Shown: positions 39,596-50,105, numbered from the stretch's first letter. The stretch is 57,254 bases of DNA from an uncultured virus (IMG/VR IMGVR_UViG_3300025277_002331) (IMGVR_UViG_3300025277_002331:62001-119254), one strand, 5' to 3'. The notes: generated by a model not told the origin, from the letters alone. Numbers and translations: made by a program.

Positions 39596-40235
39596 TATTA
39601 TTCCTTGCGGTTAGAATAAATGCGTCCATGTAACCCTGTTTGTCTTGGTCAAGTTTCGCAATAGTCCCTGCATTATGCCATAACTGTCTATCGTTAATCA
39701 TAAGCATTTCTTTTGGTTGCAGAGGACAATCAAATATCTGCTTTCCTCCATAAGTTTTGTATACTAGAGCATTTCCCCCGGATATGTTGTATCTGTCTAT
39801 TCCCACTATTGCGATAAAATCATACCCATCCTGATGTATTCCCTCTGGACTAACTTGAGTTCGAGTTACTTCTCCTGAAGTTATAATTCTCATCTGGTGG
39901 ACCTCAATTTCATTATCGGCAGAAAACCCTCCAGACTCCAGAAATTTATCGCACATTTCTAACATTCCCACGCTTCTTACTACATCGTCTTCTATGTCTT
40001 CAAATGTCCTAGACATTCCCCCTTGATGTTTATTGTAATCTTTAGACTGGTTGAATTCCTGTTGAGGAAGTTTGAAATAAGAAAACTCATAAGTTTCGTT
40101 TATCTTTACTCTTGAGTATCTTCTTAGCCTGTATTGCCCATCCAAATGATTAGTCTTAGGAAGCCTATTGAAAGATTCTTTTACGCTATCTACTGACTCT
40201 TGACTAATTTCATCTAATCTTATTTTGCTTCTCAT
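39588..40235 (-). CDS. 2OG-Fe(II) dioxygenase
   Basis: RLRRYS, VHQMRI, SPEGIHQDG (HxD), LWH. Confidence 0.82.
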   Translation of the reverse strand: MRSKIRLDEISQESVDSVKESFNRLPKTNHLDGQYRLRRYSRVKINETYEFSYFKLPQQEFNQSKDYNKHQGGMSRTFEDIEDDVVRSVGMLEMCDKFLESGGFSADNEIEVHQMRIITSGEVTRTQVSPEGIHQDGYDFIAIVGIDRYNISGGNALVYKTYGGKQIFDCPLQPKEMLMINDRQLWHNAGTIAKLDQDKQGYMDAFILTARNNNG

Positions 40236-40447
40236 GTCTTATCCCTATATTCATTATAATAGTAGCATACAAACTCCCAACCTACTAGGCTGTTAAGTTC
40301 CTTTACGGTCTCTGCCATAAAGTATACCAGAGACTTTGTTATCCAATTTCTTCTTATATCTACAGGAACAGTGTAGAATGATATAATTCCATCCAAGTTT
40401 CTTCTATACATTAAATGTATTATTGCTATTTCTTTTGTTTCAACCAT
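40232..40447 (-). CDS. Hypothetical protein
   Basis: 71-aa ORF in run. Confidence 0.35.
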   Translation of the reverse strand: MVETKEIAIIHLMYRRNLDGIISFYTVPVDIRRNWITKSLVYFMAETVKELNSLVGWEFVCYYYNEYRDKT

Positions 40448-41223
40448 TCTCTTATCACGTCTTTTGCAACTGTAAACATTAAGAATGGATTTTCATCAAT
40501 TCTCCTTAAGGAATATTCGTACCAATTTTTACCGAACGGTATATACACTGAGATTTTGTGTTCTTCCTTAACTTTTTCGATGAAAGGAATAACGTGCTTT
40601 ATACCATAAAGAAATTGATACTCTACATCATCTCCCAACCACTGTTTTGCAAGTCTTAGGTCGTGAGTAGCTAAAGCAACCCTGCAACCATTTCTCAAGA
40701 GCCTACTAGCTATTCTGTTAAAATTACGTCTAATCTTCTTATCTCTTTGTATGTCGCCATAGTAAGCACCTTTACAAACTCTGACGTGCATATTTTCCAG
40801 TGTTTTAGAATACTCCAGACTACTGTTCATATTAGCTTGAAGAACACATCCAACTGGATAACTTTCGTTTACTTCTCTTACTATTTGAATAGTCTCGTCA
40901 ATCTTACTCATCCCCTCCATGTCTACGCTTAATTGCTGACAATAGTGGTCTGCCCTTTCGGCAATCTGTATCAGAAAATCTTTATTACAGTCTATATTGG
41001 ATAGTTTTATAGATATCGATGATAACATCGAACCCGATTGGTTTACCAAATCCATATAGCCTTGTAGACTTTCACTACTGGAAGAGGATTCTCCAAGAAG
41101 ATTATAGATTCCCCAAACGCCTTTAAAGTTTAACTTTTCTACTATTTCTTCGGCGTCTGAAAAGTAATCTCCTGCTATGTATTTGTGTGATAGTTTTTTA
41201 ACTATCGGCTTTATTATGCTCAT
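40426..41223 (-). CDS. Monofunctional proline dehydrogenase
   Basis: YIAG, NLLGE, SIKLS, VDME, LQA, RVCKGAY, ATHD, QFLYG, VYIPFG..WY.YS.RR. Confidence 0.88.
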   Translation of the reverse strand: MSIIKPIVKKLSHKYIAGDYFSDAEEIVEKLNFKGVWGIYNLLGESSSSSESLQGYMDLVNQSGSMLSSISIKLSNIDCNKDFLIQIAERADHYCQQLSVDMEGMSKIDETIQIVREVNESYPVGCVLQANMNSSLEYSKTLENMHVRVCKGAYYGDIQRDKKIRRNFNRIASRLLRNGCRVALATHDLRLAKQWLGDDVEYQFLYGIKHVIPFIEKVKEEHKISVYIPFGKNWYEYSLRRIDENPFLMFTVAKDVIREWLKQKK

Positions 41224-41570
41224 TCGCTACTTTGCTGAATCTCCTTGGACAATTCTTTTAAGTCGTCCAATGTAAACTTAGGTTTTTCAGCAACCCCGTC
41301 GCTTGAAGGAATATCTATACCTAATTCTTCTGCACAGTATTTTTTAATCTCTTTTCTTGCTTCTTCTTCTGTTTTATATGGTCCGTAGGAGTTATACATA
41401 ACCTCATCCCAAAAGTACCAACCTTCTTCTCTGTCTTCTGTTGTGGCGTATTCAATATGGTCCCACTCTTTCTTCTCTATCAAGTTTAACTTATCCCTAA
41501 AGCCTTGCTTTTCTTCTTCAGTTAGTCTGATGTATTTATACCAGCACTCTCTTGTTGCCTGACTACTCAT
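41220..41570 (-). CDS. Hypothetical protein
   Basis: GWYFWDE...GPYKTEEEA. Confidence 0.55.
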   Translation of the reverse strand: MSSQATRECWYKYIRLTEEEKQGFRDKLNLIEKKEWDHIEYATTEDREEGWYFWDEVMYNSYGPYKTEEEARKEIKKYCAEELGIDIPSSDGVAEKPKFTLDDLKELSKEIQQSSE

Positions 41571-41607
41571 AGCTCATCAGTTTCTTTTTTAACTTTCGGT
41601 ATTAGCA

Positions 41608-42594
41608 CTATCTCTCTCCGCTTAAAAACCTTCCCACCAACTCCCGGCTTTCTTCTGTCTTAACCAGTTCTATAAAAGCCTCTCTTTCGAGGTCTAATGA
41701 GCCACCTCTGGTTAGACTCAAAGACTTTTTAAGTAATTCAATCGCCCTGTACGGTGATGGGTATTTGTCTCGACTACCAAACATCTTCTTTTGTTTCCTG
41801 CCAACCAAAAACTTCATTACCTTACCAACAGCACACATTTTCCATTTAGAGATTTCTGCTGGCAGAAATTTACTTTCTCTAACCATTTCGTGGTCAATGC
41901 TGTCTATTATATTATATGCCTCTTCATATGCTAATCGTCTGGATATTATTTTATCTACTAGACCTATTTTTAGTGCTTCCTCTGGATACACGTTTCTACC
42001 AGAACAAATAATATCCATAGCTTTTATTGGTGATATAATTCTAGGAAGGCGAGTTGTCCCTCCCCAAGAAGGAACCACTCCTAGTTTTACTTCTGGAAGG
42101 GCAAGTTTAGGTTTGGGAATTGGAGAATACTCTTCACCAACAAACGCTTCTTGCCCTACCATAATTCTTGAGGTACAGGCGAGGGCAAGTTCCAGACCTC
42201 CACCCATAGTAAGACCATTAATTATTGCTACTGTTGGAATCTTAAGGTCTTCAATCCTGTTAAAGAGACTTTGCCCCCTCTTTAGCGTGTAGTCAATTAG
42301 TTCTTCTGGTGCTTCATATGCCCCGGCAATTTCTTTAACGTCTGCCCCAGAGATAAATGTTGACTTACCGCTGCTAAATATTACACCTCTATACCCCTTC
42401 GTTTCTGGATATCCATAACTATACTTTGTGTTTATAATAAAGTTTTCTAAGATATAGTCAAGCTCAGACATTGTTTGAGCATCGAGAATGTTATATGGTC
42501 TCTTTTGGTGATTCAAGCGTACATGGTACACATTTTCTCTATCGTCTGACCATGATGAAACATTATAGAGGGCATTTCCCTTGTGAAGCATCAT
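41608..42594 (-). CDS. Enoyl-CoA hydratase/isomerase (stand-alone FadB/FadJ N-domain type)
   Basis: FISGADV, GGGLELALAC, LPEVKLGVVPSWGGTTRLPR, ALKIGLVD, YPSP. Confidence 0.88.
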   Translation of the reverse strand: MMLHKGNALYNVSSWSDDRENVYHVRLNHQKRPYNILDAQTMSELDYILENFIINTKYSYGYPETKGYRGVIFSSGKSTFISGADVKEIAGAYEAPEELIDYTLKRGQSLFNRIEDLKIPTVAIINGLTMGGGLELALACTSRIMVGQEAFVGEEYSPIPKPKLALPEVKLGVVPSWGGTTRLPRIISPIKAMDIICSGRNVYPEEALKIGLVDKIISRRLAYEEAYNIIDSIDHEMVRESKFLPAEISKWKMCAVGKVMKFLVGRKQKKMFGSRDKYPSPYRAIELLKKSLSLTRGGSLDLEREAFIELVKTEESRELVGRFLSGER

Positions 42595-42599
42595 CTAAC

Positions 42600-45500
42600 T
42601 ATCTCCAAACGTACACTCGTAACACTTATAGACTACGTTAGTTGCTGGTACAAATGCTAGGTAGTCTGTATGTGGCGCAGGAACATAGCATTTATAAGCA
42701 ACTTGTGTCCACTTAGCACATTCTTCACACACAGTCTGACCGTAAATAGGTTCTTTAACACTCATATCTATTTTCCTCTATGGACGGTTATCATCAGAGC
42801 CAAGCATTTCGTTATAGTCCTCATCCGAGAACCCTATCTGTGGGCATTCAACATGGGCATACTTTTCTTTAATCTGCTTAACAAAAGCTAGAGCATCCTT
42901 AAGAGCTACAACAGCCTTCCTTGTAGGTGTGATAGCTTTTTCGTATGCTTCTACTGTGGTACTTTCATCAGGTGCAATTTCTTGCAGAGCATCACAGATT
43001 AGTTTGTCAATAGACCCTAACATAACCTTTGTTCCATAAACACTATCACTCATCTTCAACTCCCTCAATCAAAAATGGAAACGCTTTCTCTAGGTCAGCC
43101 TTAGTTTGAACAACAGCTTCGCCTACTTCTGCGATTGCTCTATGGTCCCAACTGTCATCATTGATAACTTTGTCGGTTGCACATACATCCATATAGGCGT
43201 AAGTAATAGCATCAACTTGTTCACTTGTTAGGCGAGGTGTGTTCGGTGAGTGGTCACTCATCTTTAATCCCCTTTTCCATCTTCCTAAATCTATCTACCA
43301 ACTCCAACCCTTCAGCATGTGCAGCATCATCAAAAACAAAATCTACCCCCGGTTTAGGTGCTATTGGACAGTCAACCAAAGTATGTTCCGTACTTGCACA
43401 CCATGTACACATTGGAGTGTCACTCATCTTCAATCTCCCATTAAACGCTTAACAATATAATCAGCCATCTCAATGTTATCGCAACTACAAACAAACTTCG
43501 GTTGACTTTTACCTTCTACATAAACTTCTGTGCCTTGTCTATAATAGACTCTGGACTCATCTTTATTGCCCATCTTGAACCTTCTCCACAAACAGCTTAT
43601 TATCCTTAACTTCCATGACCACCAGAGTTGTAGGCTTATTCCAACCTAGCTTTTTAATCAAATCTGGGTGGATTTGGAGATACCAACCATCATTACCGGG
43701 GACATTAGGGTGCTTTTTAATCAAAGTCATTATCCTATTTGGATTCGTCATCTTCAACTTCTTTCAAAAACTGTTTCATTGTAATACCCAAATGGTTTAG
43801 GGTAGCATCAATAATAACTCTCCACCAATCAGCAGACTGGTCATAACCACCAATACATTGAGTATTAGCTACCAGTAGGTGATATGGAATAGCACCAGTT
43901 TTTCTACATCTATGACAAAACCTAGAAGACCAAGGTACACCGGGGACACTAAGAACTATTGTCCTGCCCTCGTGCATTTCTTCTTCGCATACTTCGCACT
44001 GTGCTGTTTTGTAGTCTAACTCACTCATCTTTATTCAACTCCTCTGCAATATCTCTATCAATCTGAAAGCTACCATCAACATAATCAGAATCATCAGGCA
44101 TAGGAGAGTCATCTCTTTCTGCCAGTTCAATAGCCTCTTCCAGACTATTAGCCTCAACCTCAAGAGTCCCATAAACTTCCCAACTGCATGGAATCTCGTA
44201 ATACTTACTCATCTTCAATCCTTTTCAATAAGAAAATAAGTTACCGCTAGCCAAGGAAAAGCATCGCTCAATTCTTTCTTAGTCTTATCGCCACCTTCTC
44301 CGTAGGCGATACAGATGGCATTGATTTGTGGCAGACTAAGAGTTCCGTAGATTTGTTTATAGCGTTTTCGTGTCAATACTGGCCCAAACCCTTTATCACT
44401 CATAGTTATTTCCAGTCTTCTGGCATAAGAATATAGCCTGTGACAGCATATTGGCATAACCACTCTGCGCCACAATCCTTACATGTATCTACACAGTGGC
44501 CATACTCTTCATCTCTAAGAAATACATCTCTAGGGTCATCGTTATATGGAACCCAAGATACGTCTCCTTCACAACCGCACTTAGGACAGGCGCGCCAACC
44601 CTTCCTTCTAAATTCTTCATTTGATAAAGGCATAATCAACTCCTCTAACCAAGCCTGTTTTTGTAACGTATAGCTCTTGCATTCTCAGACTTACGATACT
44701 TCTCAACACCCATATCCTCTTTGGCTAACTCTTTAATATCCAACATTTCAGCCATTTGTTTACCTGACTCTGTGAGCCTAAGACTGATTTCTCCGTCTTC
44801 GTTAGTAAATCTTTCAACGATGTCTTTGTCCTCTAATTTATCAACAGCATCCATAAAGTCATCCCAATCATCAAACAATGGTTCACTCATCATTATCTTC
44901 CTTAGAAAGTTCAGCGACATAGCCATCTCCTTTTCTCTTAAGAGCATCGTCGAAGTGGCTAAATGGTCCCACAAACCTATATCCTTCAATTGGATTACCT
45001 TTTACCACTATAAACTTATTCTTCCCATACAGGCAATTAATAGCCTTCTCGTAATGGTACGTCAATAAGTTCTTTCGCCTGTTCATCACTTAGTTCCCTT
45101 TTGTGAAGGTTTCTTGAGCTACAATATCCACACATATATACGTTGATAGGGTAGTAGTTGCCCAAAGGGTCTGTTTGCTGAACATATTGACAGGCGCATT
45201 CCATACATGTTACTTCGATATAGGACATTTTACTTCTCGTGGCCACCCTTAATTGACTTTACCGTAGTTTTCGCAATAGCCTTTAGCCTTCTTCTATGCT
45301 CTTCAAGACCAACCCCACTGGTTGTAAAAGAACCCACATAATTACCTTGACTGTTAGTAATCTTAGACTTCATCTCTCGCATACCGTACCCCGTTGTTAC
45401 AACCTGTGACTTAAGACCTCTAAGTGCAACTTTTGTCTTGTGAACCATAATTAACTCCTTCAATGTAGAAAAACCCCGCCAGACTAAGTAGAAACACAAG

Positions 45501-47138
45501 GGTACGTTAGCCTAGACATTTTCTGCCTGCGAGTAAACATACTTGAAATTAGTCTGACGAGGTTTCGTTTTTTCTAGCAATAGCCTCTTCTTCGCTATTG
45601 AATGGACCCCACAACTGACCACCATAAAAATAGTACCAGCCTCTGCCATCATAGCCAATAGTACCAGATTCGGGGTAGTTGTTTCCATCAAAAGCTGGGT
45701 CCATACGATAATAATCTACGCTCATTTAATGTACCACTGGAATCTCCAGACACTTGCCAACCTTATGGGCATAAGTATCGGCAACCATCTTGTCTCCTGT
45801 TTCATAACGAAGGGGGAAGTGCTTGTGTGTACCCAAACGTCCCTCGTCTGGGTTCTTAGCAAACAGCTTGATAAGGTAGTAAGGCTTATCTTCCTTGTAG
45901 TGCTTCTCAACTTTAACGTAACTGTCAACTTTAGTCTTAGTCATTTTTCGATTCCTCAATGATTTTTGCAAGGTCTGACAAACTGGCCTTCTTAGCAACA
46001 GGCTTCTTTTCTTTCTCCTCCTGCGCTCTTACAGGTTCAATATGAGTGGTTTCAATACTTACCTTTCTCCTTCTTTTTATTCTTGATGTTGCTAATCTAA
46101 TTTTGTATGGTCGTCTTGTTATGGTTTCAACAACTGGGCTAGGATGTTCATCACCCGTAACTGCAATAGTAGTAGTTGAACCGGACAAACCTCCCGGCCA
46201 AATCTGTATTATGTCTAGTTCAGTTTCTCCACAGAAGTTTTCAAATATACCCTCAACCTGCCACTTGCCTTTCATCTTATCTAGACTAACCTTCACCCCA
46301 TCTTTACTCATCCAATATGGACCCTTGCTGACCTTAATCTCATCCCCAATTACTATCTGAATTCTAGGACTCAATTGATAGTGAGGTTCTACAATTCTTT
46401 TTTCAATGTAACCCCAACCATGAGGGTTATCTGGTGTTTTTTCGACTGGCATCCTTGTCCCTTATCCACAGTCTGACCTTGGTGTATTATTAGGGCTTGT
46501 ACCCTCCGTCATCCATCTAATCATCTCGTAGTCTAAATCCTCTAACCATTGTATAACTTCGCTTTCTTTTAGTTCCATTTTCTCTGGTTTCCTTTGTTTT
46601 TGTTTATTTTCTCCCGTTTGCTTGTGAGGCATGATAAGACCTCCAGTTAACTGTAGAACTTGTGTTGATTGTTATTCCTACCAAAAAACCCCCTTATAAT
46701 CCCTATAGAACATACATAAAGAATACAATGAATAACCCATAGAGGGGAAGTAATGACTGACACTGTTTTTTTAGTCAACCACTTCCCTCCACAACAAGTG
46801 ACTATGTGCCCAAAAACCCTGTAAAACAGCAGTGATTAGTGGGAATTGTACCCAATAGTCCCTACAGGCTACGCCTTTGTTTTGCTATAGTATATTTTTT
46901 CTATCTTCGGGTTGCACCTGAGTGTACCCCCCTTGGTCATTTCACAGAAGAAACTGTGAGTAATTTCATGTGTTGGTACACCAGCGTCAGTCATCCCCTT
47001 AGTCCAGACGTTAATTCTCCAGTTGTTATCAAACACGTTGACACAATGTACAGACATAAGGCCCGGCGGCTTTCCCAATCTGTTTAGTATCTTGACCTGA
47101 ATCTTTTCTATTAGTCTATCATCTACTGGCTGGTGCAT
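42600..47138 (-). other. Run of about 18 short, tightly packed hypothetical ORFs
   Basis: For example 42778-43068, 43046-43261, 43735-44028, 44021-44218, 44406-44639, 45037-45246, 45937-46452, 46869-47138; overlapping start/stops with GGAG RBSs, several CxxC zinc ribbons. Confidence 0.6.
43563..43757 (-). CDS. AbrB/MazE-like small DNA-binding protein
   Basis: YLQIHPDLIKKLGW....LVVMEVKDNKLFVEK pattern. Confidence 0.45.
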   Translation of the reverse strand: MKMTNPNRIMTLIKKHPNVPGNDGWYLQIHPDLIKKLGWNKPTTLVVMEVKDNKLFVEKVQDGQ

Positions 47139-47241
47139 TTCATCCCCTTTATTTTAAGTCGTTGTCTACCCTATTGTATCGGCAATTGGCATATAAGTCT
47201 ATACCCCGTTTCCGCTTTTTCCCAAGATTTTCCAGATTCCC

Positions 47242-47269
47242 TTGACCGGGGGATAGTCCCGACTATAAT
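47242..47269 (+). promoter_or_regulatory. Sigma70-type promoter on plus strand
   Basis: TTGACC-16 bp-TATAAT. Confidence 0.7.
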
Positions 47270-47281
47270 GATACACGGGCC

Positions 47282-47750
47282 AAAGTTGCTGACTGACTTA
47301 CATTGGAACAATCTGGTTAAATAAGAAGGGACATAATGCTTTACCAAATTATCCTCGTAGACAGTGAGGGCGATGTTCGTAATGGCGGGCGATACTGTGC
47401 GACTACTACTTCTGACGTTGATATAGAGGCTGATAAGCGCGCTAAGAGGTTTACTGAGGCTTGTGGCAAAGAGGTCAACTGGGCCTTGTCTCTGGAGGTA
47501 GCCGGGTCTCCATGCAGTCCTATACTGACCCCAGAAGTCCTGTGACTTAGGTTAGTATAACTGACTACCGTAAAAGTGCTGACTACCCAACATTAGACCA
47601 ATCTGGATGGCTTAGGAAATACCCCGACTATGCACTAATATACACTCGGATACGCGAAAGTGCTGACTACCTTAAATTAACCGTATCTGGTTTGCTTAGC
47701 AAAGACACTACTTGCTCGGCCTCGAATCTGACCAGACTACGTTAGTATAG
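47282..47750. repeat. GCTGACT(AC) iteron-like repeats
   Basis: Three degenerate copies AAAGT(T)GCTGACT..ATCTGG at about 47282, 47573 and 47657, plus scattered GACTAC. Confidence 0.65.
47336..47545 (+). CDS. Hypothetical protein, only credible plus-strand gene
   Basis: Own promoter at 47242-47269, AGAAGGG RBS, no overlap with minus-strand genes. Confidence 0.6.
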   Translation: MLYQIILVDSEGDVRNGGRYCATTTSDVDIEADKRAKRFTEACGKEVNWALSLEVAGSPCSPILTPEVL

Positions 47751-47798
47751 GGCGTTAGTACAGTTCGCTACTGGAAGATGCTTGCTTTCCGGCGAATC

Positions 47799-47880
47799 GA
47801 CGTAAGTCGTTGGTGTCAAAGGGGTTAGGTCGGCGCGGTAGCGCGCGGACGTAACCTCTTGTCAGATAAGGACTTACGTC
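47799..47880. repeat. 82-bp double-palindrome R1 (inverted orientation)
   Basis: CGTAAGTCGTT-GGTGTCA-AAGGGGTTAGG-20 bp-CGTAACCTCTT-GTCAGAT-AAGGACTTACG. Confidence 0.9.
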
Positions 47881-47896
47881 AACTCTTATACATACC

Positions 47897-47929
47897 AAAA
47901 GAAAAACCCCCGCACGTTGCGGGGGGGTT
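47897..47929 (-). terminator. Intrinsic terminator
   Basis: AACCCCCCCGC-AACGT-GCGGGGGTT then T-run. Confidence 0.75.
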
Positions 47930-48022
47930 GGGGTCAGTCTTTGAGAAGTACGACTAAGCCACTAATGACAAAGCACGCACACAATACTAAGGCGAAAGCC
48001 TCCGATGCTGTGCCGTCCACGT

Positions 48023-49246
48023 TTAGACGAAAACCGCTTCGATTTCCTTCTCAGTGTAAGTATCGGCACGCTTCTTGAGAGCGTCCCAACGGTTCTCGGT
48101 CATTCCAATCAGGTCGCCACCAATCTCGTCGAACTTGACCCAACTGGTGTTGTCCAGAGTTTGACCCGCGCGGGTAACCGCGTTCACGATTCCAAACAGG
48201 TTACGGTCAGTCCGCTCATGCTGAACCCACTGAGTCAGAACCTCAGTCGATTCCTTTTTGCGGAGCTTCCTGTCGGTGCAAACCGCGCCGATGAGATTCT
48301 TCATGGAAACCTCATCGCAGGTATGAACCTTGATGCCGAGGAACCGTTCGATGCCATCCGGCAGCAGCGGCAATTGAGCTTCGATATTCTTCCTGATATC
48401 GGAAGCCAGCCCGTCAAGGTCAATCGTGCCACGGTGAACCTTGGAGATAGATTTCCCTTTGGTCTGTCCCCAGATGCAACCGTTGAGGCAGATAGCCCGA
48501 AAGATGCTGGGCATCTGAGAGACACGCCGCGTTCCGATTTCGCAATTGCCGATTGAAAGCATCCCGCCGTAATCGGTGTCGTCATCCTGCCCGTAGTCGA
48601 TAATCGTATCAGGCAGAAGCACGTTGCCAAAAATGGTGTCAGCATCACCACGCCAGTGGGAAAGCCGACCGCCCGGAAGGATGTTGCTCAACTGCTCAAG
48701 ATACCAGCGGTTGTCAATCGGAGCGTACTTCTCAGTGAGGAAGGCACGGAGCGTTCCGTCCTGATAAGTGCGGAGACGGAAATTCTTGTCCGCATCCACC
48801 CGCCGCAACGCATTCTCGCAAACGGCGACCAGCGTGTCGGCATCCTGTTCGTCCCGCTGGAATCGCTCCTGCCCGTTGTTCTTCTCGGGGTTGGTCATCA
48901 GCGAGTTGAGGAAGAACGTACTTGTGAAAGTAGCCACCCCAAACTGGTTCACGGCGTGTTGCGTTGGCTTGAACTCACGCCCGTCTGCCAACTGCATGAC
49001 GAACTCACCAGCCAGATTGACGGCGGGAGTAATCTGCGAACGGGGAACCATAACGTCCTCGCGTTCTGCAATGCCCTGCTCCAACGCTTCGAGTCCATCC
49101 TCGAACGATTCCGTCTGTGCCCACCAGTCTTTGTGGACGTGCGTATTTTTCTGGAATCCCGCGCCGGTCTGCCCTTGCAGCGTCTGCACGAATGCCCCCT
49201 CGTCCTTGGTGTCGTCGGTCGGTCGCAGCGTCGTGTAGTCGGTCAT
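48023..49246 (-). CDS. DUF932-like protein
   Basis: RAFLTEKYAPIDN, IGNCEIG, FRAICLNG, KVHRG, NLFGIVNAVTRAG. Confidence 0.7.
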   Translation of the reverse strand: MTDYTTLRPTDDTKDEGAFVQTLQGQTGAGFQKNTHVHKDWWAQTESFEDGLEALEQGIAEREDVMVPRSQITPAVNLAGEFVMQLADGREFKPTQHAVNQFGVATFTSTFFLNSLMTNPEKNNGQERFQRDEQDADTLVAVCENALRRVDADKNFRLRTYQDGTLRAFLTEKYAPIDNRWYLEQLSNILPGGRLSHWRGDADTIFGNVLLPDTIIDYGQDDDTDYGGMLSIGNCEIGTRRVSQMPSIFRAICLNGCIWGQTKGKSISKVHRGTIDLDGLASDIRKNIEAQLPLLPDGIERFLGIKVHTCDEVSMKNLIGAVCTDRKLRKKESTEVLTQWVQHERTDRNLFGIVNAVTRAGQTLDNTSWVKFDEIGGDLIGMTENRWDALKKRADTYTEKEIEAVFV

Positions 49247-49286
49247 GTTCTGACCCTTTCAAAAAAAGAAGTGTGTCAACTCACCC

Positions 49287-49315
49287 AGTGTACTCTATAT
49301 ATCGTCCAAAGTCAA
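49287..49315 (-). promoter_or_regulatory. Early-type promoter with CGAT spacer motif
   Basis: TTGACT-TTGGACGATATATAGAG-TACACT. Confidence 0.75.
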
Positions 49316-49353
49316 CCGCCCACTTCACAGGAAACGCCAAGTTTATCAGAATA

Positions 49354-49435
49354 GACGTAAACCGTTGTCAGATAAGGGGTTAGGACGGCGCCCTACCGCG
49401 CGGACGCAACCCCTTGCCACGCAAGGACTTACGTC
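49354..49435. repeat. 82-bp double-palindrome R2 (inverted orientation)
   Basis: CGTAAACCGTT-GTCAGAT-AAGGGGTTAGG-20 bp-CGCAACCCCTT-GCCACGC-AAGGACTTACG. Confidence 0.9.
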
Positions 49436-49450
49436 AATCGCTTGGAAGAC

Positions 49451-49499
49451 AAAAAAATCGGGGCGGTAACAGGCCGTGAGAAACCTGCTACCGCCCCGA
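49451..49499 (-). terminator. Intrinsic terminator
   Basis: TCGGGGCGGTAGCAGG...CCTGTTACCGCCCCGA then T7. Confidence 0.8.
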
Positions 49500-49519
49500 C
49501 AGTAGGAGCGTTTCGCTCG

Positions 49520-49870
49520 CTACGACTGGGCTTCGGCCTCGGCGTCGGCCTCGGCGTCGGCCTCGTCGGCCTTTGCCAGTGCTTTCAGTCCAGCGAGCTT
49601 GGCGAGTTCCGCGATGTTGACGCTCTGCCGTCCTTCGGTCGGCAACTTCGGCAACTTCTCAAACCCGCCGCTGGTCAGCTTGCGGTTGACAGCGTACTGC
49701 CGCTGGATGACGCTGGTCTCTTGCAGGCCAAGCGATTCGGCAATCATCTGATGCGTTCCGATTCGCTTCCCATCGTTGTCCATGAGGGCGGCAACTCGCA
49801 CCCACTCAACCACAAAGTTCTCGTCCGCAACCCGAACACGCTTCTCGCCACTCTTCTTCGCATCTGCCAT
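49520..49870 (-). CDS. Hypothetical protein with acidic AD/AE repeat tail (start MADAKK)
   Basis: GGGAGAG RBS upstream of 49870; own promoter and terminator. Confidence 0.65.
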   Translation of the reverse strand: MADAKKSGEKRVRVADENFVVEWVRVAALMDNDGKRIGTHQMIAESLGLQETSVIQRQYAVNRKLTSGGFEKLPKLPTEGRQSVNIAELAKLAGLKALAKADEADAEADAEAEAQS

Positions 49871-49946
49871 GGTCTCAACTCTCCCGTTAGGGGCCAAAAT
49901 GTTTGCGGGTCACTCGCCCGCTTATTCCTCAACTGCTTATGCTCCC

Positions 49947-49974
49947 ATTATACAAGTGTTATCGGCAGGGTCAA
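49947..49974 (-). promoter_or_regulatory. Early-type promoter with CGAT spacer motif
   Basis: TTGACC-CTGCCGATAACACTTG-TATAAT. Confidence 0.8.
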
Positions 49975-50014
49975 GGTCATTTCTGCAAGGTTTTTTGAGA
50001 ATTCCAGATTCGCC

Positions 50015-50048
50015 CGACTACCTGACTATGCTGACTATGCTGACTACC
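50015..50048. repeat. Tandem CTGACTA(T/C) repeats
   Basis: cgactacctgactatgctgactatgctgactacc. Confidence 0.7.
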
Positions 50049-50105
50049 ACCATGTCCACCGACCCGGCTGGATAAGGTGAAACCTGGGCCTAATTTACCC
50101 TAATC

